From positions 186,001-250,000 of the IMG/VR virus record IMGVR_UViG_3300033049_000066: DNA of 64,000 nt; one strand, given 5' to 3'. Both the position numbers and the translations under genes were made by a program. Below are positions 39,601 to 48,431 of the stretch, piece by piece. The first letter of the stretch is position 1. Each line of letters starts with the position of its first letter. The notes below the pieces were generated by a model, which was given only the letters and a program-made list of their open reading frames with translations, had not been told where the DNA came from and ran no database searches.

Positions 39601-39994
39601 AATCAGTAATATTTTCTGTGGTTGTAGCGGCGAGGACTTTTAAGAACCCACGTGCGGTTTCATTCCGCTTTGGCGTGTAGCCAACTAATGTGGCCAGGTT
39701 ATTGACACTATCGGTTCGTTCAGCTGTGTCTAAGAAGTTTTCACGTGTATTTAAATCGCTGCGGAAGGCTAGGCCTTGCCCCATAAATGCCATTAGGTCC
39801 AGCATCGCAATGTACTCTGAACTTTCAGTAAAATCGTTAAAGGTCTCTGGGTGATGCTGGCGTAAATAATCTACGAAGGTTTTGCGAATTGTTTCAAAAT
39901 TGTAACTTTGCAGATCGGCTTCGGCGTATGTTTTGTAGATACGCTTCCAATCTTCAGTTCCGAATATCGCAGTTTGTCGTGTCGTCTTGGCCAT
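36638..39994 (-). CDS. gp6: baseplate wedge subunit (gp6-like)
   Basis: NDFTESSEYIAMLDLMAF, NTRENFLDTA, and IKRRAPARFYTQNRMVNGEDY (gp6 Q.R.V...DY motif). Confidence 0.85.
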   Translation of the reverse strand: MAKTTRQTAIFGTEDWKRIYKTYAEADLQSYNFETIRKTFVDYLRQHHPETFNDFTESSEYIAMLDLMAFMGQGLAFRSDLNTRENFLDTAERTDSVNNLATLVGYTPKRNETARGFLKVLAATTTENITDYNRNNLSNITVRWNDRTNDDWQEQLTSILNAALIDSQKIGQPGNTNTIVGIQTDEYEINMASGFLPVVPFTATVDGSSMDFEIVNGTSLGTNTIYEPAPSADGQFNLLYRNDNQGFASVNTGYFFYFKQGILQTQDFTLTERIANRTIDIDRAGVNNDDVWLFRADTESGAFNDVWTGVGNIYAANNTQIAADQRKFYSETSRADDRISFNFGDGVFSEIPVGTFRAFIRESNGQEYVINPEEIQNVDVTIGYTSKTGRAETLTLTIGLTQPVSNAKGPERIADIKRRAPARFYTQNRMVNGEDYNNFPYTAFSSITKSKAINRTNIGASRYLDLVDPTGKYSSINAFASDGLVHSDATVETFNFTFNDTNDINSVFRNQVEPVLAARSMTQYYYENFTRVSVSTSSGELQWTQLTTATNSTSGYFKDGSGNARPIGPDYTTDDRQYFAPQALIKFVPPVGWHFSASNRLVLGAELTAVGDKLIIWATITDVELEGTANGSITAASPGTVGPVKLNNFVPSESIASEIIPVFSSDLPAEITQEMLALVELYRDFGVGFDQFTGIWSIIDEADLGLDTWLLKFEASSQIYTVSSKSLHYYFSSILETRFFFDNSRRIFDPRTGLIVNDFINVLKTNSKPDSSEPLSTDVVMDIIDQSVQSDGYVNDYVVEVSFTDGDNDGIADDPDFFRTLVNEAGAYTGKHVYFQTTTDFDGLERQLPFLSTNINDEYATEAAIDLVKTEYPTGQLFYATTDNKFFELTFINNVTNIAERTDFSVEIGRDQLNFQYRHNSPETRRINPSITNIIDLYVVTSSYHEAFLQYIQDVTNTVAEPAVPTTDELTVLYQSLNESKMTSDNIVLNSVRFKPLFGAKANTNLQSFIKVVKLNNVVTSDSEIKSKVISSINKYFDIDIWDFGDTFYFSELAAFVHSELGDIIASIVIVPKTATEQFGSLYEVRSAPYEIFTSAATVDDVSIIDALTASNIQNGAV

Positions 39995-40019
39995 ATTATA
40001 ATTCTCTTAGTGTTGCGAG

Positions 40020-40027
40020 TATTTATG
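40020..40027 (-). promoter_or_regulatory. late promoter CATAAATA
   Basis: On - strand about 25 nt upstream of the gp6-like ATG. Confidence 0.7.
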
Positions 40028-40051
40028 GAGACCTATAAACGGCGCAGTTTA

Positions 40052-40426
40052 TTAGAGAATGCTTGCTGTTTGTTCTTGCTGTAGAAATGTGATGTAAAAC
40101 TCTTCCGTATCAAAGTCTGGCTCAAAGCTACAAGAAATATGAATGCGAGTGGTATTAACCGCTGTTGTTATCAACACATCATGTAACGTAATACGTTGAT
40201 CAAGTGCTATTGTCCGACGTACTTCATTCTCGATGTTAGTTGATGTAGTTGTGTCACTTGGATCAAATAAATAATCCCAGATTTTAGTACCAACTTCAGG
40301 GCGGCCCGGCAATGTGCCAGCACGTATTAAAAACGCATTAAGTAAATCTCGCTTAATTAAATCGTTGTCGGTTAGCGTAAATTTCTTGTCTCGCCCTATT
40401 GTGCTAAATCCTATAAAATTCGCCAT
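40052..40426 (-). CDS. gp25: gp25-like baseplate wedge protein
   Basis: IKRDLLN.F..R.G....P..GT.IWDYLFDP. Confidence 0.85.
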   Translation of the reverse strand: MANFIGFSTIGRDKKFTLTDNDLIKRDLLNAFLIRAGTLPGRPEVGTKIWDYLFDPSDTTTSTNIENEVRRTIALDQRITLHDVLITTAVNTTRIHISCSFEPDFDTEEFYITFLQQEQTASIL

Positions 40427-41274
40427 TATAATTCTCCTGTTGGAATTGTAGGTAATCCCGTTGATGGTGTGGGTGTTGTCCCTGAAGATGCTGCGTCGGC
40501 TGCCGACTGTATTTTTGAACTTCCAACAATTGAATCTGCACCTGCATGAGTGCTTTCTTGGTCAATAGTGTCAACTGCCTGCTCTGGTTCGCTAATGCTA
40601 AGACCAGCAAACCCTTTTATTTTCCCTAGTATGTCCATTCCTTTAATTGTCGCAACTAGCGCGCCAAGAGCAGCTATCGCGCCCAAGGAATCCATTGCGA
40701 CTCCAAGTACATTGCCTACTCCATCAAAAACGCCACTGAGCTTGGCTGAGATGTCCGCCAATCCAAATTTTGCTGCTAGTCCTGCAAGGAACGATAGTTC
40801 TTCATCAGTTTCGTTTCCGGTGATGATTCCGATCGTTACCATCTCTACCATTTTTTTTGTAATTACTGTATTAATTATCTCTTGCTGTATTCTTTCGTTA
40901 CCTAGTAAGTCAGCCACTTTATTAACACCATCTTTTCCAGTAAACACCGACGGGTCACTAAGCATAGCTAAGTACTCGGTTGTGCTAACAAGACACGGTA
41001 GACCAGTAACTGGATCGTATTCTGATGGCACCATTGCTGAATTTACCGTCGCCGCTATACAATTTTTAATTACACCAGCAACTTGCAAATCAGATAAAAA
41101 TAATCCATAACGACCCAGCCCCTTGATTGATACAACACCTGCGTCTTGGTCCATTGCCCTGGATAGCCCGGCTAGTATCCCAGACGTTTGGTCAACTGAT
41201 AATCCGGCGACGCCAACAATTGAACCGATGGCTTGTTCGTCAACTATATCTGTTATATCAATTACGCAAGGCAT
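40426..41274 (-). CDS. hypothetical baseplate-region protein
   Basis: 282-aa ORF translationally coupled between gp5-like and gp25-like genes. Confidence 0.7.
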   Translation of the reverse strand: MPCVIDITDIVDEQAIGSIVGVAGLSVDQTSGILAGLSRAMDQDAGVVSIKGLGRYGLFLSDLQVAGVIKNCIAATVNSAMVPSEYDPVTGLPCLVSTTEYLAMLSDPSVFTGKDGVNKVADLLGNERIQQEIINTVITKKMVEMVTIGIITGNETDEELSFLAGLAAKFGLADISAKLSGVFDGVGNVLGVAMDSLGAIAALGALVATIKGMDILGKIKGFAGLSISEPEQAVDTIDQESTHAGADSIVGSSKIQSAADAASSGTTPTPSTGLPTIPTGEL

Positions 41275-42716
41275 TATGATTTGTCAAACGGTTTAACGTT
41301 TGATATTCCTTTGTTATGGCCATCCCATGGTTCATGCGTCGGCGCCCTAGAAACAATACTTCTGAATTTTCCTGAAACTAGCTTAAATCCCTCAGTGTCG
41401 TTTGTGGTAGAATCCGGGAATTCAACTTGGGCTAGTGGGGCTGGTGCCGATACTGAACCTGCGCCGCCGTCGTTCAAGCCAATTGTTGCTGCTTTAATTT
41501 CTGTGTGTCCGCCCGCTTTCATAGATGATGAGCCGCCTGCTTCGATTGTAAGTGTACCATCGCTTTTTATGCCGACGTTGCCTCCATAAAAGATTGCGCC
41601 CTTATTGCCGGTCATGCTAAGTGACTCAACTGCTTCTATTGTAGTATTTTTTGCGCCGTGTATATTTACATTCTCAAGTGCCGACATATTTATGTTTTTA
41701 TCTGCGTGAAAATTGATGTCGCCACCGCTTCGCATGTTGATGCTGTTTGCTGCGTACATATCAATCGTACCTTCCGCTCCCAGTTCCCACCATGTGTTCC
41801 CGTTTGCGTGGATCACGTATATTGCCTTGCCGTCGTCTGACATAGAAATCTGATGACCGGTTGAGGTCCGTAAACGTATCAAGTTGTTGACCCCATCAAC
41901 GCTACCGTCATCCATAACAAACGTATGGCCGCCGCGCCTGCCTGTGATTGTATTATCTGCGCCGGCCTCAAGCTCTGCTTTCGCATCTGCATCAAACAGT
42001 CCTGCGGCGTAGATCGGACGCCCTGGCGTGCTTATACCGTAGACATAGCTCGGGCTTTCTCTCTGCGCACTTGACGTAATCGGGCCACGCACCGTATCTG
42101 AGATGATTCCTTGAATCCACATTTGACTAGCTAATACAGAATGCATTGGTTTGTCTATGTCGCCAAATTTGCTGTCTTTCATTGACACTTCTCGCTTGTC
42201 CATTTCGATTACAGGCAGTCGAGGTGCGTGGGCTGTTTTATCTTGCTGTGCTGTATTGTCGGGGTCGTAGTGTATATTCGCCGAAGCTCCGATAGCGGGG
42301 ATCATGTGGTTTAGCTGTGGCTCGGGGATGAAGCCTATGTAGTAGCACTTATCGCGCTCGCCGTTGGAGAAAACCACCAGTACCTTGCCACCCGGGTCGG
42401 GTACGTTCGCCCACATTCCGTAAGAGTGACCGTTCGCTTCTTCAAAGGCCGGGGCTGCTGCGTCGTTTATTGTGCCATGCGGTGTGATCCCGTAGTAAGG
42501 TGAAAGATAGCGGGCTGTAATCCATGATGATGGTTCGTGCTTAATATTTTCGTCACCAAACGCTCGTATCCACACCTCGAGTCTACCACTATGTGTAGGG
42601 TCAACAGTCGCCATGATCTCGGCTTCGAACGGACCTGAGAAGCCCGCAGTACCGCCGCGATCTTGTCGGTAATTTTTGTCTGGTTTCCAGCCGTCTATGT
42701 AATCTTCTTGTGCCAT
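41274..42716 (-). CDS. gp5: baseplate hub / central spike (gp5/VgrG-like)
   Basis: DPTHSGRLEV OB-fold, GHTFVMDDG, IRLRTSTGH, beta-helix-like C-terminus, HEPW. Confidence 0.8.
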   Translation of the reverse strand: MAQEDYIDGWKPDKNYRQDRGGTAGFSGPFEAEIMATVDPTHSGRLEVWIRAFGDENIKHEPSSWITARYLSPYYGITPHGTINDAAAPAFEEANGHSYGMWANVPDPGGKVLVVFSNGERDKCYYIGFIPEPQLNHMIPAIGASANIHYDPDNTAQQDKTAHAPRLPVIEMDKREVSMKDSKFGDIDKPMHSVLASQMWIQGIISDTVRGPITSSAQRESPSYVYGISTPGRPIYAAGLFDADAKAELEAGADNTITGRRGGHTFVMDDGSVDGVNNLIRLRTSTGHQISMSDDGKAIYVIHANGNTWWELGAEGTIDMYAANSINMRSGGDINFHADKNINMSALENVNIHGAKNTTIEAVESLSMTGNKGAIFYGGNVGIKSDGTLTIEAGGSSSMKAGGHTEIKAATIGLNDGGAGSVSAPAPLAQVEFPDSTTNDTEGFKLVSGKFRSIVSRAPTHEPWDGHNKGISNVKPFDKS

Positions 42717-42725
42717 GTTATGCCT

Positions 42726-44888
42726 TTATTTCCGTAAATTATTTAATATAGGATCGTGACTTTCACGAGCTGCCGGGCCACTGAGCTGAGGACTTGTAGA
42801 TTCTACTAAGTTGTTAGTCGGTCCGTTGAGTGTAGCCGCGATATCCGGTGCAGCCAGCTTCGGAATATTTTCCCCTTGCGCGAAATTCGGCATCCTGCCA
42901 GTTATTTTGGGATTGCTAACTTTTCCTTTTACTTTTGAATTACCTGGGTTAATCGCCCCACTAACGCCTGTTGGTTTTTCTCGTACAGGAGCCGTAGTTG
43001 GGGCTTCGCCTATAAAGCACGCCTCAGGTAAGAATACTAATGTGCCTTTAAGTTGCTGGGTAAATTTTCCCTTTTCAAACTGTGAGATGATTGTATTCGC
43101 TCTGTACACGAATGCGTACTGTGACACTCCGCCTAGCTCGGCGCCGTCAAGTCGCTTGCCGACATTCTTCTGTGTGACATCAGCTAATCCTGTGTCGAGG
43201 TCGTAGTCTACGACTGTATTGAAGTTCACGGTAAAGAATACCTCTGCTCTATCAAAATTAATAGAGCCGTCATCTAGTACCGGGTCACTTGGGGTAGTAT
43301 TAGCAGCATAAAACAATTCACTCTGAGCTAACCAATCTGGGTCGCCAACAATATCTATTTCGCAATTTGCAATGTCTTGCGGCGCGTACAATATGCTCGC
43401 CGCGTTTGCTGCTTGTTCTGTCTCTTTGTTCTCACTGCCTTGATCTGATTCGGTTGAGTTTGCTCGGTAGGATCTCTGTGCGTTATAATTCGTTTGCTGT
43501 TTTGGGGCGGCCTCAGGGTTTTCCTTGTGCTTGTCAGTAAACGTAGTATAATAAAAAGTCTTGTAATCTTGCTTAAAATTTAGGACTTCTGTATTCTTAC
43601 CTGTAAACCAGTAATCATATTCTTTATGGATTTTAAAACAGCTTGATGGATTAAAATCACTTGTATCAACAGTTGCGACGTCGTACACAGACACTACGTA
43701 CGTAATCTTATACGACCATCGTTGACGCGTTTTATCAAAATTTAAAACTTCTATCCGGGGACGTATCTTAAACCATTTTAGCAAATTTAAATTTGATTGT
43801 TTGAATATTGTAGATCCATCTTTGTTTGCGTCATTGGTTTTCTTGTATTGATTCGCAATGTACGAACTAGATCGTATAGCTAAATCAATAAATTTTACAA
43901 TTTTCATACCTGCGTTTGTCGCGTAGGTTTGAACTGTCTTGACTGCCTGAGCTGATCCGTTTGACATAAGGGCGAGGTCAGACGATTTCGCTTGACCAAG
44001 GGTTCCGGACCGTTGTATAATTGGTGTGCCGGGTGCGAATGCTATTGCGTTGGCTATTTCAGGCGGCATTTCAATCGCATACCTATCAGCGTACTCGTAA
44101 TTCTTATTTTTAGCTAATGTCGCTTGCTGCCTGTTGAGTGCTTGCATTAATCCTTGAGTTACAACACCATTGACGTTCTTAGACGTTTCTCCATTGAGCA
44201 AATCAGTTAATGTATTACCTTGAAGGGCAAGATTGAACGGAATTGTACCGTGGACTTGTCCAAGGCCGACTTGAGTCTGTGGAGCAACACACTCACACGC
44301 ATAAACTACTTTTGAACTCTCAACGCTGAACTGTATTTGACGAATCATAAATGGAATCCACTTTTCAGTGTACGCATCTCTGTCAGTTGTATCTACAAAG
44401 TTTGCGTTTCGTACTTGATTTCCTTTTTCGTCGTAACCGTAAAATCGCACCACCATCAAATACATCTGATTCACAGGATTGAAATCTGTGTAACCTATAT
44501 TTGCGGCGTAAGCTGACGAAGCGCGGTACAAGCGGTCCATGAATGTCAAACCCATTGGCTCAGTTACTGTAAATTTTATTTCAAATGTGTTCTGCGGCCC
44601 ACCTGTGCTTGTGCCGGCAATAAAACTCGAGAACTGTATGTCGTCTAGGTAGAAATCCTGTGTGAAGAATTTGTTCCGGATGGCTCCAAAATTGCCAGTT
44701 GTTGCTGTGCCTGCGTCAGAGCTTGCGCCACCGCTCTGTATTAACAATTCCATCCCGGTGACATCTTTTGCCTTAGTGGCAATCATATTTGCGTAGTGCT
44801 TAGGCGATTGCATATATATTGAGATGCCGTACGTCATGGTGCTAAAGGCACGGAACGGGTTTGGGATTGGCTTATTTAGTTCTGCCAT
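42726..44888 (-). CDS. baseplate hub protein (gp27-like position)
   Basis: 720-aa ORF between gp53-like and gp5-like genes; IVGDPDW motif. Confidence 0.6.
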   Translation of the reverse strand: MAELNKPIPNPFRAFSTMTYGISIYMQSPKHYANMIATKAKDVTGMELLIQSGGASSDAGTATTGNFGAIRNKFFTQDFYLDDIQFSSFIAGTSTGGPQNTFEIKFTVTEPMGLTFMDRLYRASSAYAANIGYTDFNPVNQMYLMVVRFYGYDEKGNQVRNANFVDTTDRDAYTEKWIPFMIRQIQFSVESSKVVYACECVAPQTQVGLGQVHGTIPFNLALQGNTLTDLLNGETSKNVNGVVTQGLMQALNRQQATLAKNKNYEYADRYAIEMPPEIANAIAFAPGTPIIQRSGTLGQAKSSDLALMSNGSAQAVKTVQTYATNAGMKIVKFIDLAIRSSSYIANQYKKTNDANKDGSTIFKQSNLNLLKWFKIRPRIEVLNFDKTRQRWSYKITYVVSVYDVATVDTSDFNPSSCFKIHKEYDYWFTGKNTEVLNFKQDYKTFYYTTFTDKHKENPEAAPKQQTNYNAQRSYRANSTESDQGSENKETEQAANAASILYAPQDIANCEIDIVGDPDWLAQSELFYAANTTPSDPVLDDGSINFDRAEVFFTVNFNTVVDYDLDTGLADVTQKNVGKRLDGAELGGVSQYAFVYRANTIISQFEKGKFTQQLKGTLVFLPEACFIGEAPTTAPVREKPTGVSGAINPGNSKVKGKVSNPKITGRMPNFAQGENIPKLAAPDIAATLNGPTNNLVESTSPQLSGPAARESHDPILNNLRK

Positions 44889-45190
44889 TAGAATCCCAAA
44901 TTATCCCGGAGTGTATCAATTGTAGGTACGTAAATTTCTGTGCCGACGCTAAAATCTAGCATGGGATTTTTTAGCGTATTTGGATTGCGCTGGGCGAACA
45001 CCCACCACAGTTCAGAATCTTCGTACAAGTCGTACGCTAGTAAATCTGGGCGGAGGTGATACGTCTGTGTTAGTGTAACTTTAACATCACTGGATAATTT
45101 CGGTAATGGTCGATTTACCATTAAATCTAAATAGTAATCGTTAATTTGTGTTAGTGCGTATAAGCTCTTTTTTGAATACTGTGCTGCCAT
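44888..45190 (-). CDS. gp53-like / LysM-type baseplate wedge protein
   Basis: RPDLLAYDLY...LWWVFA..N; start taken at ATG 45190 overlapping the upstream TAA. Confidence 0.8.
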   Translation of the reverse strand: MAAQYSKKSLYALTQINDYYLDLMVNRPLPKLSSDVKVTLTQTYHLRPDLLAYDLYEDSELWWVFAQRNPNTLKNPMLDFSVGTEIYVPTIDTLRDNLGF

Positions 45191-46203
45191 TACCAAAATC
45201 CTTTCTTGAGAAGTGTACCATTTGCGTATTCCTCTAAGCTAAATTCTTTACTAACTTGATCTCGCGTTTGAATTGGGATCATTGTAAAATTAATAGTAAT
45301 CTTAGTAGGCACATAAGTGGCTTTTGTGTATACATCACTGTATTTAATTTTTCTTGCGGCCTCGGCTCCTTTTTTCTTCCGGGTGCCGCCAGTAGTTAGG
45401 CCAAGTCCACGCATTCTATCCACGTTGCTAGTGCTCGAGGCTTTCAGCTCTATCTCAGTTGGATCTGTCCCAGGCGTTTCCCCACACGGAATATAATCTA
45501 CATCGGTTGGCAAATTGTAATTCATCATTGTTATTGCGCAAGGGTGATTGTTAAATTGATATTCGCCAAGGCCGGTTAAGAATACAACCGGTGGCGGCAT
45601 TCCTCGGTTCACTGAATCTTTTCCGTAAAACATCTTCGTTGCTGATCTTAAAAAATGTAAGGTTGCTAACATATAATTTGCTTCGTTTACGTCGTTTGCA
45701 GTAAATGTTGCTGTTATAATTAAATTCTGTGTGACACTGCCTGTATAAAAGTATCCTCGGTAGTTGCTGTGAGTTAAATCGTAATTTTCGTAGTTAGCAT
45801 TGTACTGCACTGCGATCTCAGGCGTGTACGGAAATATGATCCCATCGGTTGTTTGAAGTGGCGCAAGGATTCCAGGATTGTCGGCGTTGTACAGGTACTT
45901 ACTGTCGGGTCCGAGGTGCAAACGTACACGCCAGTCTGCTTCTTTGATAGCAAGTCTCTGAGCTTCTGCTTTGCGTTCTTCTTGAATCGCAAATTCTTCT
46001 CTTGATAATTCACCTGAGATATCAAGATCCGTTATTCCAGCTATATCTACATCCGCTGTGTCAGTATCGTCTTCAAGAAAGTCTACAGCTTCAAGAAAGT
46101 CTGCGTCATCTGGCTCTGCGTCGAAATCAGCCTTACTAACTGGCACTCCGTCTATTAAATAGATTATGTTAAAATCATTATCAAGTTCAGTTGTCTTTGC
46201 CAT
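45190..46203 (-). CDS. baseplate / tail-tube junction-like protein
   Basis: IFPYTP and PPP..FL.G.G motifs; start moved to ATG 46203 behind a late promoter. Confidence 0.65.
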   Translation of the reverse strand: MAKTTELDNDFNIIYLIDGVPVSKADFDAEPDDADFLEAVDFLEDDTDTADVDIAGITDLDISGELSREEFAIQEERKAEAQRLAIKEADWRVRLHLGPDSKYLYNADNPGILAPLQTTDGIIFPYTPEIAVQYNANYENYDLTHSNYRGYFYTGSVTQNLIITATFTANDVNEANYMLATLHFLRSATKMFYGKDSVNRGMPPPVVFLTGLGEYQFNNHPCAITMMNYNLPTDVDYIPCGETPGTDPTEIELKASSTSNVDRMRGLGLTTGGTRKKKGAEAARKIKYSDVYTKATYVPTKITINFTMIPIQTRDQVSKEFSLEEYANGTLLKKGFW

Positions 46204-46225
46204 AGTATATCCTTTTATATTCATA

Positions 46226-46233
46226 TATTTATG
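46226..46233 (-). promoter_or_regulatory. late promoter CATAAATA heading the baseplate operon
   Basis: On - strand 22 nt upstream of ATG 46203. Confidence 0.7.
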
Positions 46234-46266
46234 GTGAGTCGTTATAACCCAATATAATAAAAGAGG

Positions 46267-46295
46267 TTGACATGTGAGTACATAGGTGCTATAAT
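46267..46295 (+). promoter_or_regulatory. early promoter of the late sigma factor
   Basis: AGAGG-TTGACA, 17 nt, TATAAT. Confidence 0.88.
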
Positions 46296-46324
46296 TAAAG
46301 CTCATTAAGCTAAAGAGGAGAATT

Positions 46325-48295
46325 ATGGCTAAACGGAAAAAGAATTATTTAAATAACAAGGATATGCTCAAGGAAATTCACCTTAGCAAAATATCATATT
46401 GTGCGTTTACTGACAAGGTAGAGGACAATCAACAAGATTTCATCGTGGAAAGTGCTGACGCGATCTTCGGTACGCAGAATGTAGAGGTTAAGAAAGAAAC
46501 CGAAACCTCAGCTGCGGTTTTTGAAGACATCCCGGTAATACAGCTTGCGAGAAAAGCTAGGGCAGCGAGACTTACAAAATTAGAAATTCCAACTGCGGTA
46601 GAAGATATAGTTGACACAGATATTGTATTTCGTGTAATGACGAACGAACACATTCCACGAGTCCCCAAGAAAAAATCCAAGGCACTACTAGCAAAAGAAG
46701 CAAAGCAAGCGAAATCCGACGCGATTTTTGACGAGCTTATGGATGGCGACGAGGATGGCGACGCTCCTACACCCACCGGGCCTGAGGTTATCTTGATCCC
46801 AATGCGTGTAAATTTTCCACCGTTTTTCCATTACCGGTTGACGGATGAACCGGGTGAACTAAAACTTGTCGGCAAATCCCACTGGCGTGGTGACTTAGAA
46901 ACAGGCAGTTTCAACAAGACCAAGGGGCAAACTACAAACAATCTTGCTATGATGTACATCAAGCTCTGTGAGCGGTACGGCACTAGAGGCAATTGGAGAG
47001 GGTATTGTGTAGATCAGGCCACAGAGGCTCTCACAGACCGTGGGTGGTTATTTGAAAATGAGATTACCGAAAATGATAAAATTTTATCATATAATGGCTC
47101 GACTATGGTTTGGTCTAACATTAATTCTATGTTTCGGGATAATTACAGTGGATTAATGCATAAACTTACATCTCGTAGCATCGATTCACTAATCACACCA
47201 AGTCATAAAATTGTAACCGATAAGGGGTTACTAAAGATTGAATATCTCAAAGAATCAGACCGGGTCGTTGTAATGGGTGATGCTGTGCCTACGGAGTTTG
47301 AGAAAACATACACAGATCAACTAGTTGAATTAGCTGGATGGATCATAACAGAAGGTAATTATCAACCCAAAAAGAAAATTGTTACGATTTATCAAAACGA
47401 AGGTTCTTATGCCGACCGCATACGTAAATGTTTACATAACTTAAATTACTCGTTTTCTGAACGCAAATCTTCGAAATCCGAGAATATTTCATTTGCTATT
47501 AAGAGGAAGTACTGGGATGAAATCACAAATCTATTACCTAACAAAAATCTAACTATGGATTTTATTTTAAAACTTACGTATAATCAACGTGAATTATTAG
47601 TTAAAACAATGGTGGATGGTGATGGACACAGACACGGATTATTAATGCGATATACTCAGAAAAATAAAGAACACATGGATCATTTTCAAACGTTATGTGC
47701 GCTAATTGGGTTAAAATCAAATGTTCATTATGTCGAGAATAAAATGTCATTCGGTAAGCCGGTTAACTATTATGTAACAAATGTGTTTTCAAAACGAGGA
47801 AACTACACACGTGGATCGGCTATCGACATGCACGGTGGGAAAGACAATGGGAGTAGACACGTCGGCAAGGGGAAATTTTTCCACCCCAACAAGCCCACGG
47901 TGCAGTACGATGGTACGGTATGGTGCCCGGAGACTGACTACGGTTGCTTCTTAGCTAGGCGTAACGGAAAAGTATATTTGACCGGAAATACGTACAACGA
48001 TGAAATGCAGGGGCAGGCTTTACTCCAGCTTTCGCAAATTGGACTTCAGTTCAATGAGCTAAAATCGCAGAATCCATTTGCGTACTACACTGCCGCGGTC
48101 ACGAACAGTTTTACCCGGGTCTTAAACATTGAGAAAAAGATGCAAAATATCCGAGACGATATCCTCGAGTCAAATGGGCTCACTCCTAGCTGGACAAGGC
48201 AATACGCGAATGATGCGAAAAAGATGCCCCAGTATGATTACAATCTAAATGATCCCAGGAAGAAAAAGGCCAAAGAAGAGGAACCTAAAACTTAG
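46325..48295 (+). CDS. gp55: gp55-like late-transcription sigma factor (intein-containing)
   Basis: KKNYLNNKD, NWRGY/TYNDEM, NPFAYYT..NSF.R....EKK once the intein is removed (about 328-aa extein). Confidence 0.85.
   Translation: MAKRKKNYLNNKDMLKEIHLSKISYCAFTDKVEDNQQDFIVESADAIFGTQNVEVKKETETSAAVFEDIPVIQLARKARAARLTKLEIPTAVEDIVDTDIVFRVMTNEHIPRVPKKKSKALLAKEAKQAKSDAIFDELMDGDEDGDAPTPTGPEVILIPMRVNFPPFFHYRLTDEPGELKLVGKSHWRGDLETGSFNKTKGQTTNNLAMMYIKLCERYGTRGNWRGYCVDQATEALTDRGWLFENEITENDKILSYNGSTMVWSNINSMFRDNYSGLMHKLTSRSIDSLITPSHKIVTDKGLLKIEYLKESDRVVVMGDAVPTEFEKTYTDQLVELAGWIITEGNYQPKKKIVTIYQNEGSYADRIRKCLHNLNYSFSERKSSKSENISFAIKRKYWDEITNLLPNKNLTMDFILKLTYNQRELLVKTMVDGDGHRHGLLMRYTQKNKEHMDHFQTLCALIGLKSNVHYVENKMSFGKPVNYYVTNVFSKRGNYTRGSAIDMHGGKDNGSRHVGKGKFFHPNKPTVQYDGTVWCPETDYGCFLARRNGKVYLTGNTYNDEMQGQALLQLSQIGLQFNELKSQNPFAYYTAAVTNSFTRVLNIEKKMQNIRDDILESNGLTPSWTRQYANDAKKMPQYDYNLNDPRKKKAKEEEPKT
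47006..47989 (+). mobile_element. class-1 intein with LAGLIDADG endonuclease (328 aa)
   Basis: Cys1 (CVDQATEALT), TPSH block B, LAGWIITEG and LVKTMVDGDG, VWCPET, terminal TGN, +1 Thr. Confidence 0.92.
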
Positions 48296-48304
48296 CCCGA
48301 CGGA

Positions 48305-48361
48305 TATACTCTAAACATTTGCGATTGTTGTTGTTTTATCGTATAATATGTTTAGCGTATA
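48305..48361 (+). promoter_or_regulatory. promoter (TTGCGA 48319-48324, 17 nt, TATAAT 48342-48347) enclosed by a 14-bp inverted repeat
   Basis: TATACTCTAAACAT / ATGTTTAGCGTATA, one mismatch. Confidence 0.7.
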
Positions 48362-48431
48362 TTCACCAGCATGGAATAGATCCTAGCAACCGGCAGAGTT
48401 GTAGATGTACGTAAATGACGGATAATAATAA

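Noticed and set aside
47006-47989. Class-3 assignment for the sigma-factor intein because of its block-F Cys (VWCPET)
   Set aside because: It has Cys1 and lacks the block-B Trp, so class 1 is the simpler call
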